Below are positions 8,217-15,893 of a stretch of DNA of 42,293 bases, piece after piece. Each line of letters starts with the position of its first letter. The stretch's first letter is position 1. The DNA is from Actinomycetes bacterium (GTDB lineage Bacteria; Actinomycetota; Actinomycetes; Mycobacteriales; SCTD01). The position numbers and the translations under genes are program-made. Location: NCBI GenBank assembly GCA_046565705.1, contig JBKHYE010000091.1:1-42293 (forward strand), given 5' to 3'. A model generated the notes under the pieces. The model made no database searches and was not told where the DNA came from. It saw only the letters and a program-made list of their open reading frames with translations.

Positions 8217-8885
8217 ATGGCTTCCCGCGCCCGGCCCGCTGCAGGCGGTGGACGGTGGGTCGACGTCGCGCCGGAGCGGCTCGAGCGGTGGGTGGCCGGC
8301 TTCGGCCAGCGGCACGGCGCACCCACCGCGACACTCGCCCCCGATGGCGGCTCGGTCGTGCTCGAGGCACCCGACGGCGCGCGCGCCGAGGTGGATCTGC
8401 CGTTCCCGCCGCTGGCCCCCGACGACGAAGTCGTGCCGGCCCTCGTCGCGCACGTGCTGGCGCCGCGGCGCGTCGGCGTGCTCCTCGTGCGCCTGGGCGG
8501 CTTCGCGTGCGGCGTGTTCGCCGGCGACCGGCTCGTGGTCAGCAAGGTCGGCAGCCGCCCGGTGCACGGCCGCTCAGCGGCGGGGGGCCAGTCGCAGCAG
8601 CGCTTCGCGCGGCGGCGCGAGGGTCAGGCGCGCGTCGCGCTGCAGGCGGCGGCCGACACGACCGCGCGGGTGCTGGTGCCGCACGCGGCGTCGCTCGACG
8701 CCGTCGTCGTCGGCGGGGAGCGCACCGCGGTCGACGCCGTCCTGGCGGACCGCCGGCTCGAGCCACTGCGCGGGCTGGTCGGCGGCCGGCTGCTCGACGT
8801 GCCCGACCCCCGCCAGGCGGTGCTGGAACAGGCGCCCGCGCTGTACCGGGCGGTGCGGATCCGCGTCGTCGACGCTCAGGACTGA
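8217..8885 (+). CDS. acVLRF1-type (Vms1/ANKZF1-like release-factor domain) putative peptidyl-tRNA hydrolase
   Basis: HGRSAAGGQSQQRFARRREGQ is a Gln-containing catalytic-loop plus basic RF motif, characteristic of the actinobacterial VLRF1 family as I remember it. ATG 8217 is in frame with the 7365 ORF, whose upstream part is shadow sequence. Confidence 0.75.
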   Translation: MASRARPAAGGGRWVDVAPERLERWVAGFGQRHGAPTATLAPDGGSVVLEAPDGARAEVDLPFPPLAPDDEVVPALVAHVLAPRRVGVLLVRLGGFACGVFAGDRLVVSKVGSRPVHGRSAAGGQSQQRFARRREGQARVALQAAADTTARVLVPHAASLDAVVVGGERTAVDAVLADRRLEPLRGLVGGRLLDVPDPRQAVLEQAPALYRAVRIRVVDAQD

Positions 8886-9283
8886 GGCGGCTCGTCCTCG
8901 CCGGCCTCCTCGGCCGCGTCCGCCTCCTCCTTGGTCGCGTGCACGACGCCGTCGGCGTGGTCGGGCGGGCCGTAGACGGTGTAGAGGACGAGCGGGTTCG
9001 GCCCGTCGTTGAGGAAGTTGTGCTTCGTGCCCGCCGGCACCACGACGACGTCACCGGCGACGACCTTCTTGGTGGAGCCGGAGATGACGGCCTTCCCGAT
9101 GCCGCTGACGAACGACAGGATCTGGTCGTTGTCGTCGTGGACCTCTTCGCCGATCTCGCCGCCCGGCGGGATGGTCATGATGACGAGCTGGGTGTGCTCG
9201 CCGGTCCAGAGCACGCGCCGGAAGTCGGCGCTCTTCTCCGCGACCGTCGCGATCTCGAAGTGCACGATCTTGTTGTTCGTCAT
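8876..9283 (-). CDS. Cupin domain protein
   Basis: IPPGGEIGEEVHDDNDQILSFVSGIGKAVISG...GDVVVVPAGTKHNF shows the two classic cupin motifs (G-x5-H-x-H... and G-x5-P-x-G-x2-H-x3-N). The codon usage is clean and the start is ATG. Confidence 0.9.
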   Translation of the reverse strand: MTNNKIVHFEIATVAEKSADFRRVLWTGEHTQLVIMTIPPGGEIGEEVHDDNDQILSFVSGIGKAVISGSTKKVVAGDVVVVPAGTKHNFLNDGPNPLVLYTVYGPPDHADGVVHATKEEADAAEEAGEDEPPQS

Positions 9284-9313
9284 GCGCGGACACCTCCCCC
9301 GGGCCGACGGCGA

Positions 9314-9484
9314 CTACTCCCCGCCGGGACCGTCGTCCTCGCCACGCTGACGCCGGCGGTCGCGCACGACGACGGCGACGACGATCGCGACGACGACGAA
9401 CGTCGGCACGAGCACCGGCAGCGCGAACAGCAGCGGGTGGTCGGCGAGGTGCTGCGGCTCGAGCCGGGCGGCGAGCGGGGTCAC
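9314..9484 (-). CDS. Hypothetical single-TM mini-protein (56 aa), translationally coupled to the upstream membrane-protein gene
   Basis: GTG 9484 overlaps the TGA stop (9481-9483) of the upstream gene as GTGA. The TM segment is LLFALPVLVPTFVVVAIVVAVVV, followed by RDRRRQR. Confidence 0.45.
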   Translation of the reverse strand: MTPLAARLEPQHLADHPLLFALPVLVPTFVVVAIVVAVVVRDRRRQRGEDDGPGGE

Positions 9485-11325
9485 CGGGCTCCCGCCGGGA
9501 CCGGCGCGTCGGCCGGCCGGTCCGGGTACGGCTCGCCGGCGCTGCCACGTCGGGAGTAGCGACCGACGCCCCAGGCGATCGCGGCGACGATCGCGAGGGT
9601 GCACAGCAGCACGAGGATGCTCGAGACGGCCCAGAGCCAGCCCGGCGCGTCCTTGAGCTCGCGCTGCAGGATCTCGATCTCCGGGATCGCCGCCCGCGTG
9701 ACGCCGTCCTCGGCCGGCACCTCCTCGGCCTGGATCACCGGGTCCTCGGGCAGGTAGATCGGCACGGCGGTCAGCATGCGGCCGTCGTGCAGGCGCAGCA
9801 GCGTCTTCCAGGTCCCGTGCAGCGGCACGGGCTCGGTGGTCCGGTACTGGCCCTCACCGGTGCGCTCGAGCTGGCTGACGACGAGGCCGTCGCCCTGCCA
9901 GGCGGTGATCTGGACCCACGACGGGTCGTCGACGGCGTCGGCCGGGTCGAGCTGCACGCCGACGTGCGCCATGCGCGGATCGGCCTGGACGTCCTCGAAG
10001 GTGAACGTCGCCTCGACGTCGTCGGGCACGGTGGCGACCAGACCGTTGGCGACCGCCGCCGAGAGCGCCAGCAGGCTCGCGACGAACACGGTGCGCGCGA
10101 CCGCCGGCCGCGGCAGCCGGCGGCGCAGGCCGGTGGCGAGCAGCGCACCCATCAGGCCGCCCGTCACACCGCCGACCAGCGCCATCAGGGTGCCCTCGAC
10201 GGCGATGTCGCTGCCCCACGACAGCGTCTGGAAGACCTGCGTCCACGCGGCCTCGGTGGCGTGGCCGATCGTGCCGATGGCGACGCCGGCGGCGGCGCCG
10301 AAGACGAGCGGTCGCTTCGACAGCGGCAGCAGCAGGGCCAGCAGCTCGACCAGGATCGCCGAGCCGAGATAGAGCGGGAAGGTCGGCATGATCTCGCCGA
10401 ACACCGGCCCGACGGTCACCGTGATCGCCCCGCGGACGGCCAGGAAGAACGCGACGGCGGCCAGCGCGCCGCCCTTGCCGATGTAGAGGCGGGCGGCCAC
10501 GAGAGCGACACCGGCGGCGCCGGCGATCATCAGCGGCTCGAGCACGAGGCGGAACTGCGGGACGTCGAAGTCGAACTCGCCCTGGAACACCGACAGGCCG
10601 AGCAGCAGGCCGCCCATGGCGCTGGCCTGGCGCAGGAAGCGCGCGACGCGGCCGGCCTTGAGCTGCCCGTCGTCGGTCGAGAGCGTCCCGTGGCCCTCCT
10701 GCTCGAGCACGAGGAGTCCGATGAGCGACAGGCCCGCGCCGCCGATGAGCATGAGGTGCGTCGGGCCCCACAGCGTCACGTCCTGGCCGAACAGGCGGTG
10801 CCAGACGTCGTCGAGCGGGAAGCCGAGCAGGGCGTAGAACCCGGTGGCGGTCAGCAGGATGCCGCCGACGGGCACGTGCCAGCCCTGAATGAAGCGGACG
10901 GAGACCGGCCCCGGCTTCTCGTCGAGCGGCATGGAGCAGGCGAGCACGCCGCCGGCGAAGACGCCGAACAGACCGAACAGGATGAGGAAGTGCGCGGGGT
11001 TCGCCAGCGGCCCCTCGTCGCGGCCGATGCCGATGTGCAGGCTGATGTCCCACAGCATCCCCAGCAGCGCGGTGAGCAGCGACAGCGTGGTCAGCACCGT
11101 CGGCAGCGCGACCCACGGCGGGACCCCGGTGGCTCCGCCGAGCTTCGCGCCGGCGCGGGTGAGCACCGTGGTGCGGCGGGTGCGGTGCGCCCAGACCAGG
11201 CCGAGCAGCAGCGCGGTCAGGCCGAGCCCCAGCGCGGTGGCCAGGACGACCTCTCCGATCGCGGCGCCTCCTGCGGGGCGGGTCTCCTCGGCGGCGAGCA
11301 CGGCGAGCACCTGTGACGTCGTCAT
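9481..11325 (-). CDS. Large polytopic membrane protein of unknown function with conserved-looking His motifs, an extracytoplasmic beta-rich domain and a C-terminal TM anchor
   Basis: There are about 12 TM segments. His/Trp motifs include WDISLHIG, NPAHF and DDVWHRLFGQDVTLWGPTH. The C-terminal soluble domain (ATFTFEDVQADPRMAHVGVQLDP...HGTWKTLLRLHDG) is followed by a final TM. I take ATG 11325 as the start, because the 11577 start adds non-protein-like sequence. Confidence 0.8.
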   Translation of the reverse strand: MTTSQVLAVLAAEETRPAGGAAIGEVVLATALGLGLTALLLGLVWAHRTRRTTVLTRAGAKLGGATGVPPWVALPTVLTTLSLLTALLGMLWDISLHIGIGRDEGPLANPAHFLILFGLFGVFAGGVLACSMPLDEKPGPVSVRFIQGWHVPVGGILLTATGFYALLGFPLDDVWHRLFGQDVTLWGPTHLMLIGGAGLSLIGLLVLEQEGHGTLSTDDGQLKAGRVARFLRQASAMGGLLLGLSVFQGEFDFDVPQFRLVLEPLMIAGAAGVALVAARLYIGKGGALAAVAFFLAVRGAITVTVGPVFGEIMPTFPLYLGSAILVELLALLLPLSKRPLVFGAAAGVAIGTIGHATEAAWTQVFQTLSWGSDIAVEGTLMALVGGVTGGLMGALLATGLRRRLPRPAVARTVFVASLLALSAAVANGLVATVPDDVEATFTFEDVQADPRMAHVGVQLDPADAVDDPSWVQITAWQGDGLVVSQLERTGEGQYRTTEPVPLHGTWKTLLRLHDGRMLTAVPIYLPEDPVIQAEEVPAEDGVTRAAIPEIEILQRELKDAPGWLWAVSSILVLLCTLAIVAAIAWGVGRYSRRGSAGEPYPDRPADAPVPAGAR

Positions 11326-11333
11326 GGACGGGT

Positions 11334-11380
11334 ATGTAACACCGATCGATGTCACATAAACAAGTGTCTGTGAGGAGGGA
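11334..11380. promoter_or_regulatory. Divergent promoter/operator region between the membrane-protein operon and the MerR gene
   Basis: This is the only AT-richer patch nearby. It holds a 24-bp palindrome ATGTAACACCGATCGATGTCACAT (11334-11357, 10 of 12 pairs) and an adjacent imperfect palindrome CACATAAACAAGTGTCTGTG (11353-11372). Confidence 0.4.
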
Positions 11381-11410
11381 CACCCGCCCTGCGGCGGGCA
11401 CACTGGACGC

Positions 11411-12223
11411 GTGCGAGGAGGACCGTTGGACGAGGGCGCGGGCACTGCTCCCGGCAGCGAGCCGGAGGACGCGCTGACCGTCGACCAGCTGGCAGCGCAG
11501 GCCGGCATGACCGTGCGCAACGTCCGCGCGTACGCGGCGCGGGGGTTGCTGCCGCCGCCGCGGCTGGTCGGCCGCACCGGCTACTACGGCCGCCAGCACC
11601 TGGCCCGGTTGCGACTGGTGCGCGAGATGCTGGCCGAGGGCTGGTCGCTGGCCGTGATCGAGCGCACGCTCGCCAGCGCCCCGGCGACGGCCAGCACGAC
11701 CACCCTCGCGCTGCACCGCGCGCTGGTCGCCCCGTGGTTGCCGCCCGAGCCGGAGGAGACCACGGCCGCCGAGCTCGCGGCGCGCGCCGGTCAGCCCGAG
11801 GACCCGGCGCTGGTCGAGGAGCTGGTCCAGTTCGGGCTGGTGGAGCGCGTCACCGGTGACGACGGCGTCGAGCGGCTGCGGGTCCTCGACCCCGCGCTGC
11901 TGACCGCCGGCCTGCAGGTCGTCGACCTCGGTGTGCCGCCGCGTGCGCTGCTCGCGGCACAGGCCGACGTGATCGCGCACGTCCGCGAGGTGGCCCGCAC
12001 CTACGTGGACATGTTCCTCAGCACCGCTGCCGACGCCCTCGTCGGCGCCGCCGCGGAGGACCGCCTCGACGAGGTCGGCGGCGTCGTCGCGCGGCTGCAG
12101 GCGGCGGCCGCGCAGGCGCTGCTGGCGAGCTTCCGCACCGAGATGGCTGCCGCCGTCGAGCGCGCGGTGCACGTCGAGCTCGCCGGGCGCGACGAGCCCG
12201 ACCCGGCGTCCGGCGCGGCCTGA
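11411..12223 (+). CDS. MerR family transcriptional regulator
   Basis: LTVDQLAAQAGMTVRNVRAYAARGLLPPPRLVGRTGYYGRQHLARLRLVREM is the MerR HTH plus wing. The start may instead be TTG 11426, which follows GAGGAGG. Confidence 0.85.
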   Translation: MRGGPLDEGAGTAPGSEPEDALTVDQLAAQAGMTVRNVRAYAARGLLPPPRLVGRTGYYGRQHLARLRLVREMLAEGWSLAVIERTLASAPATASTTTLALHRALVAPWLPPEPEETTAAELAARAGQPEDPALVEELVQFGLVERVTGDDGVERLRVLDPALLTAGLQVVDLGVPPRALLAAQADVIAHVREVARTYVDMFLSTAADALVGAAAEDRLDEVGGVVARLQAAAAQALLASFRTEMAAAVERAVHVELAGRDEPDPASGAA

Positions 12224-12242
12224 CGCCGGCGGGCTCGGGTCG

Positions 12243-12441
12243 GCGTCCGGCACCCGTCGCGTCCACCGCAGCACCACGGCGGACGCGGGCGTCCGGCACC
12301 CGTCGCGTCCACCGCAGCACGAGGCGGACGCGGGCGTCCGGCACCCGTCGCGTCCACCGCAGCACCACGCGGGCCGGCGCGACGCGTGTGGCGGCTGAAC
12401 GGGACAGATGTCGCGAGGTGGACGCGGGCGGTGCCCGCGCC
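12243..12441. repeat. Intergenic tandem array of a 45-46-bp GC-rich repeat (about 2.9 direct copies) plus one degenerate inverted copy
   Basis: Copies start at 12243, 12289 and 12334, and the first 32 nt (gcgtccggcacccgtcgcgtccaccgcagcac) are identical in all three. The inverted relative is ggtggacgcgggcggtgcccgcgcc at 12417-12441. Each unit junction forms the palindrome GGACGC-GG-GCGTCC. Confidence 0.85.
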
Positions 12442-12504
12442 CGCCCGAGCGTGATGTCGCGATCCCGCCAGACGCCGTCGGACCGCGGGCGCAGACTGCA
12501 CGGC

Positions 12505-13965
12505 ATGCACGACGAGAGCGCCGACGCCCGGTGCTGGGCGGCCGTCCAGTCGCGCGACCCGCGGTTCGACGGGTGGTTCGTCACCGCGGTCCGCACGACC
12601 GGCATCTACTGCCGCCCGAGCTGCCCGGCCATGACGCCGCGGCGCGACAACGTCGCGTTCCTGCCGACCGCGGCGGCCGCGCAGGGCGCCGGCTACCGCG
12701 CGTGCAAGCGCTGCCGCCCCGACGCCTCCCCCGGCTCGCCGGAGTGGGACGCGCGGTCGGACCTCGTCGCGCGGGCCGTGCGGCTCGTCGCCGACGGCGT
12801 CGTGGAGCGCGAGGGTGTGCCGGGGCTCGCCGCCCGGCTCGGCTACAGCCGGCGGCAGGTCGAGCGCGCGCTGCGCGCCGAGCTCGGGGCCGGGCCGCTG
12901 GCGCTGGCCCGGGCGCAGCGAGCGCAGACCGCCCGCCAGCTGCTGGAGGGCACCGACCTGCCGGTCGTCGACGTCGCGCTGGCGGCCGGGTTCGGCAGCG
13001 TCCGGCAGTTCAACGACACCGTCCGCGCCGTGTTCGGGTGCACGCCGTCGCAGCTGCGTCACCAATGCCCGGTCGGGGCGCGCGCGAGCGTCGTGCTGCG
13101 GCTGCCGTTCCGGGCGCCGCTGCACCCGGACAACCTGTTCGGCCACCTCGCGGCCACCGCGGTGCCCGGCGTCGAGGAGTGGCGCGACGGCGCCTACCGG
13201 CGCACGCTGCGGCTCCAGCACGGCACCGGCGTCGTCGCCCTGACACCGGGCGCGGACGCCGTCACGGCCCGGCTCGCGCTGCAGGACCTGCGCGACCTCC
13301 CGCAGGCCGTGGCGCGCTGCCGCCGGCTGCTCGACCTCGACGCCGATCCGGTCGCCGTCGACGCCGCGCTGTCGGCCGACCCGCTGCTCGAACCGCTCGT
13401 CGCGGCCGCGCCCGGCCGGCGCGTGCCTCGGACGGTCGACGAGGCTGAGCTGGCGCTGCGCGCGGTGCTCGGCCAGCAGGTGAGCACAGCGGCGGCACGC
13501 ACCCACGCCGGCCGGCTCGTCGTCGCCCTCGGCGAGCCCGTCGACGACGCCGACGGCGGCCTGACGCACCTGTTCCCCACACCGGACGCCGTCGCGGGCG
13601 CCGAGCCGGCGCTGCTCGCGATGCCGCGCGCCCGACGCGAGACGGTGCTGCGGCTGGCGGACGCGCTCGCGACCGGCCGCGTCGACCTCGGCCCTGGTGC
13701 CGACCGGACCGCCGCGCGAGCGCAGCTGCACGCGCTGCCCGGCGTCGGCCCGTGGACGGTCGAGGTCGTCGCCATGCGAGCGCTCGGCGACCCGGACGCC
13801 TTCCTGCCGACCGACCTCGGCGTGGTGCTCGCCGCCCGGCGGCTCGGGATCGCCGACGTCGCAGCACGTTCCGCCGCCTGGGCGCCGTGGCGCGCCTACG
13901 CCGTGCAGCACCTGTGGGCCACCGGCGACCACGCCGTCAACCGCATGCCCGAGGAGGCAGCATGA
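12505..13965 (+). CDS. alkA: Bifunctional Ada N-terminal domain (methylphosphotriester methyltransferase/AraC regulator) fused to AlkA DNA-3-methyladenine glycosylase
   Basis: The Ada zinc domain is RCWAAVQSRDPRFDGWFVTAVRTTGIYCRPSCP...ACKRCRP. The AraC HTH is GFGSVRQFNDTVRAVFGCTPSQLR. The HhH-GPD part is LGQQVSTAAA...LPGVGPWTVEVVAMRALGDPDAF. ATG 12505 gives the same N-terminal spacing as E. coli Ada. Confidence 0.9.
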   Translation: MHDESADARCWAAVQSRDPRFDGWFVTAVRTTGIYCRPSCPAMTPRRDNVAFLPTAAAAQGAGYRACKRCRPDASPGSPEWDARSDLVARAVRLVADGVVEREGVPGLAARLGYSRRQVERALRAELGAGPLALARAQRAQTARQLLEGTDLPVVDVALAAGFGSVRQFNDTVRAVFGCTPSQLRHQCPVGARASVVLRLPFRAPLHPDNLFGHLAATAVPGVEEWRDGAYRRTLRLQHGTGVVALTPGADAVTARLALQDLRDLPQAVARCRRLLDLDADPVAVDAALSADPLLEPLVAAAPGRRVPRTVDEAELALRAVLGQQVSTAAARTHAGRLVVALGEPVDDADGGLTHLFPTPDAVAGAEPALLAMPRARRETVLRLADALATGRVDLGPGADRTAARAQLHALPGVGPWTVEVVAMRALGDPDAFLPTDLGVVLAARRLGIADVAARSAAWAPWRAYAVQHLWATGDHAVNRMPEEAA

Positions 13966-14447
13966 GGACCATGACCCGGACCCACGCCGTGTGGGACAGC
14001 CCTCTCGGCCAGGTCGTCGCCACGGAGGACGACGGCGGCGTGCTGCGGCTCGGCGTCCGCGTCGACCCGCGTCCCGACGACGGTGAGCGCGACGACGACG
14101 GCACGCTGCCGGCGCTGCGCGAGCAGCTCGACGCCTACTGGCGGCACGAGCTCACCGACTTCGACGTGCCGCTGCAGCTGGCCGGAACGCCGTTCCAGCA
14201 GCGGGTCTGGGCGGCCCTGCGCACGATCCCGTACGGCACGACGTGGAGCTACCGAGACCTCGCCGAGCACATCGGCGCGCCGACCGCGGTGCGCGCCGTC
14301 GGCGCGGCGAACGGTCGCAACCCGGTGTGGCTGGTCGTGCCGTGCCACCGCGTCATCGCGAGCAGCGGTGCGCTGACCGGCTACGCCGGCGGGCTCGACG
14401 TCAAGCGGTGGCTGCTCGACCACGAGCGCGCGGGCCTCTGGCACTGA
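13962..14447 (+). CDS. ogt: Methylated-DNA-protein-cysteine methyltransferase (Ogt/MGMT)
   Basis: The active site PCHRV is present, along with TPFQQRVWAALRTIPYGTTWSYRDLA and GAANGRNP. The ATG overlaps the alkA stop as ATGA and is preceded by GAGGAGG. Confidence 0.92.
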   Translation: MRTMTRTHAVWDSPLGQVVATEDDGGVLRLGVRVDPRPDDGERDDDGTLPALREQLDAYWRHELTDFDVPLQLAGTPFQQRVWAALRTIPYGTTWSYRDLAEHIGAPTAVRAVGAANGRNPVWLVVPCHRVIASSGALTGYAGGLDVKRWLLDHERAGLWH

Positions 14448-15198
14448 GCACGGCCAGCGCCTCGAGCTCGCGCGCCACCTCGGCGGGGCGCTCCTCGGGC
14501 AGGTAGTGGCCCGCACCGTCGTGCACCGAGAAGGTCGCGCCCGGGACGAGCGCGGCGGTCCGCCGCCCGAGCTCGACCGAGAAGAACGGGTCGCGGGTCC
14601 CCCAGGCGACGTGCGTCGGCACCGTGACCGTCGACAGCGCCAGCTGGACCGGAGCGTAGAGCTCGGTGAGGCGGCGGAGGCTCTCGCCGAAAACCGTCGC
14701 GATAGCGCGGCGCTGCCGCCGTCCACCGACGGCGGCGCGGACGTCGGGCATCCGCCACGGGCGACCGGTCCCGACCAGCGCCATGCCCGCCAGCGACGGT
14801 GCGGAGAACAGCGCCGCCGACGCGAGCCGCGCGATCACCGGCCACCGCACGGTCGACAGGGGGAAGGGCACCGGCGTGTCAGGGAACGCGTTGGTCGACA
14901 GGAGCGCGAGCGCCTCGACCCGCTGCGGCGCGAGCCGCCAGAGGTGAGCGGCGACGGGACCACCGAAGTCGTGGCCGACGACGACGGCGCGGTCGACCCC
15001 GGCAGCGTCCAGCTCCCGCAGCACGTGCTCGGCCTGTGCCGGCGCGAGCAGCCCGTCGGCGTCGGCAGCCAGCGGCTGGCCCGCGAACCCGACGAGGGCA
15101 GGACGGAGGACGACGTGTCGCGGCTCGAGGTGCGCGGCGACGTGACGCCACGTCGCCGGTGAGCCGGGGACGCCGTGGAGAAGCACGAAGGTCGACAT
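14401..15198 (-). CDS. Alpha/beta fold hydrolase (Asp-nucleophile type, GHDFGG)
   Basis: MSTFVLLHGVPGSPATWRHV...AVVVGHDFGGPVA...HDGAGHYLPEERP follows the haloalkane-dehalogenase/epoxide-hydrolase-like pattern. The 3' end overlaps ogt by 47 nt in a convergent arrangement. Confidence 0.85.
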   Translation of the reverse strand: MSTFVLLHGVPGSPATWRHVAAHLEPRHVVLRPALVGFAGQPLAADADGLLAPAQAEHVLRELDAAGVDRAVVVGHDFGGPVAAHLWRLAPQRVEALALLSTNAFPDTPVPFPLSTVRWPVIARLASAALFSAPSLAGMALVGTGRPWRMPDVRAAVGGRRQRRAIATVFGESLRRLTELYAPVQLALSTVTVPTHVAWGTRDPFFSVELGRRTAALVPGATFSVHDGAGHYLPEERPAEVARELEALAVLSARGPRARGRAATA

Positions 15199-15220
15199 GC
15201 CGGGGACGGTGGACCGATCG

Positions 15221-15247
15221 CTTTAGTTTGTCAAGTAGTCTTGAGGC
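15221..15247. promoter_or_regulatory. AT-rich divergent promoter/operator between the hydrolase and HxlR genes
   Basis: The local sequence is ctttagtttgtcaagtagtcttgaggc. It contains the inverted repeat TCAAGTAGTCTTGA (15231-15244) and two TAnnnT hexamers (TAGTTT 15224-15229 and TAGTCT 15236-15241). The second sits 6 nt before ATG 15248, which suggests a possible leaderless mRNA. Confidence 0.3.
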
Positions 15248-15877
15248 ATGAAGTCCTACGGGCAGTTCTGCGGGCTGGCACGTGCGCTCGACACGGTCGG
15301 CGATCGCTGGACGCTCCTCGTCGTCCGCGAGCTGCTCATCGCCGACCGCTCCTACGGCGAGATGCACCGCGCGCTCGACGGCGTGCCGACCAACCTGCTC
15401 GCCGACCGGCTTCGCGCGCTCGAGCGCGACGGCATCGTGGAGCGCCGGCCGGACCCGGCCGACCGACGGCGCGCCGCGTACGCCCTGACGGCACGCGGCC
15501 GTGAGCTCGAGCCGGCCGTGCTCGCGCTGGTGCGCTGGGGCGGCGAGCTCATGGTGAGCGGTCGGGGACAGGACCGCTTCGAGCCGCACTGGTTGCTCCT
15601 GGCACTGCGCGCGCTGCTGCGCGGCCCGGCCGACGGTGCGGACGGCACGGTGGCGGTCGCGTGCGACGGCGAGCCCGTCGGCGCGGTCGTCGTCCGCGGC
15701 GGTCGACGGGACGTCGTGCCCGGCTCGAGCGGAGCGCGCGCTGCTGTCGACGGACCCGCCGAGCTGCTGCTCGGCGTGGCCAGCGGACACCTCGACGTCG
15801 GCTCGGCGCTGGACGCCGGGCTCGTCGTCGAGGGGCGGCCGACGCTGGTGCGGCGGCTGCTGTCGCCGTCGCGCTGA
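15248..15877 (+). CDS. HxlR-type winged-helix regulator with a C-terminal SCP2-like domain
   Basis: CGLARALDTVGDRWTLLVVRELL...YGEMHRALDGVPTNLLADRLRALERDGIVERR is the HxlR signature. The C-terminal GPAELLLGVASGHLDVGSALDAGLVVEG resembles an SCP2 tail. Confidence 0.9.
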   Translation: MKSYGQFCGLARALDTVGDRWTLLVVRELLIADRSYGEMHRALDGVPTNLLADRLRALERDGIVERRPDPADRRRAAYALTARGRELEPAVLALVRWGGELMVSGRGQDRFEPHWLLLALRALLRGPADGADGTVAVACDGEPVGAVVVRGGRRDVVPGSSGARAAVDGPAELLLGVASGHLDVGSALDAGLVVEGRPTLVRRLLSPSR

Positions 15878-15893
15878 GCACTGGGCCCCCGCG

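Noticed and set aside
6779-9559. 926-aa + strand ORF spanning several genes. Similar giant ORFs occur at 9854-12277(-), 12001-13932(-), 17042-19456(-) and 21350-23296(-).
   Set aside because: The products are Arg/Gly/Ala/Pro-rich low-complexity sequences with no motifs. They lie antisense to, or out of frame with, genes that carry clear family signatures. These are classic shadow ORFs of ~74% GC DNA, where stop codons are rare.
12243-12373. Whether the tandem repeats could be a CRISPR array.
   Set aside because: The units abut directly with a 45-46-bp period, so there are no unique spacers. There are only about 3 copies and no cas genes in the window. The same core also occurs as an inverted pair at 23.1 kb, which fits a REP-like element instead.
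14401-14447. The 47-nt convergent overlap of ogt and the hydrolase gene, and the 84-nt convergent overlap of LysE and the MFS-cNMP gene at 17050-17133.
   Set aside because: These could hint at antisense regulation. However, the overlapping tails are low-complexity, and long open frames past the true functional end are common in high-GC DNA. There is not enough evidence to call anything special.
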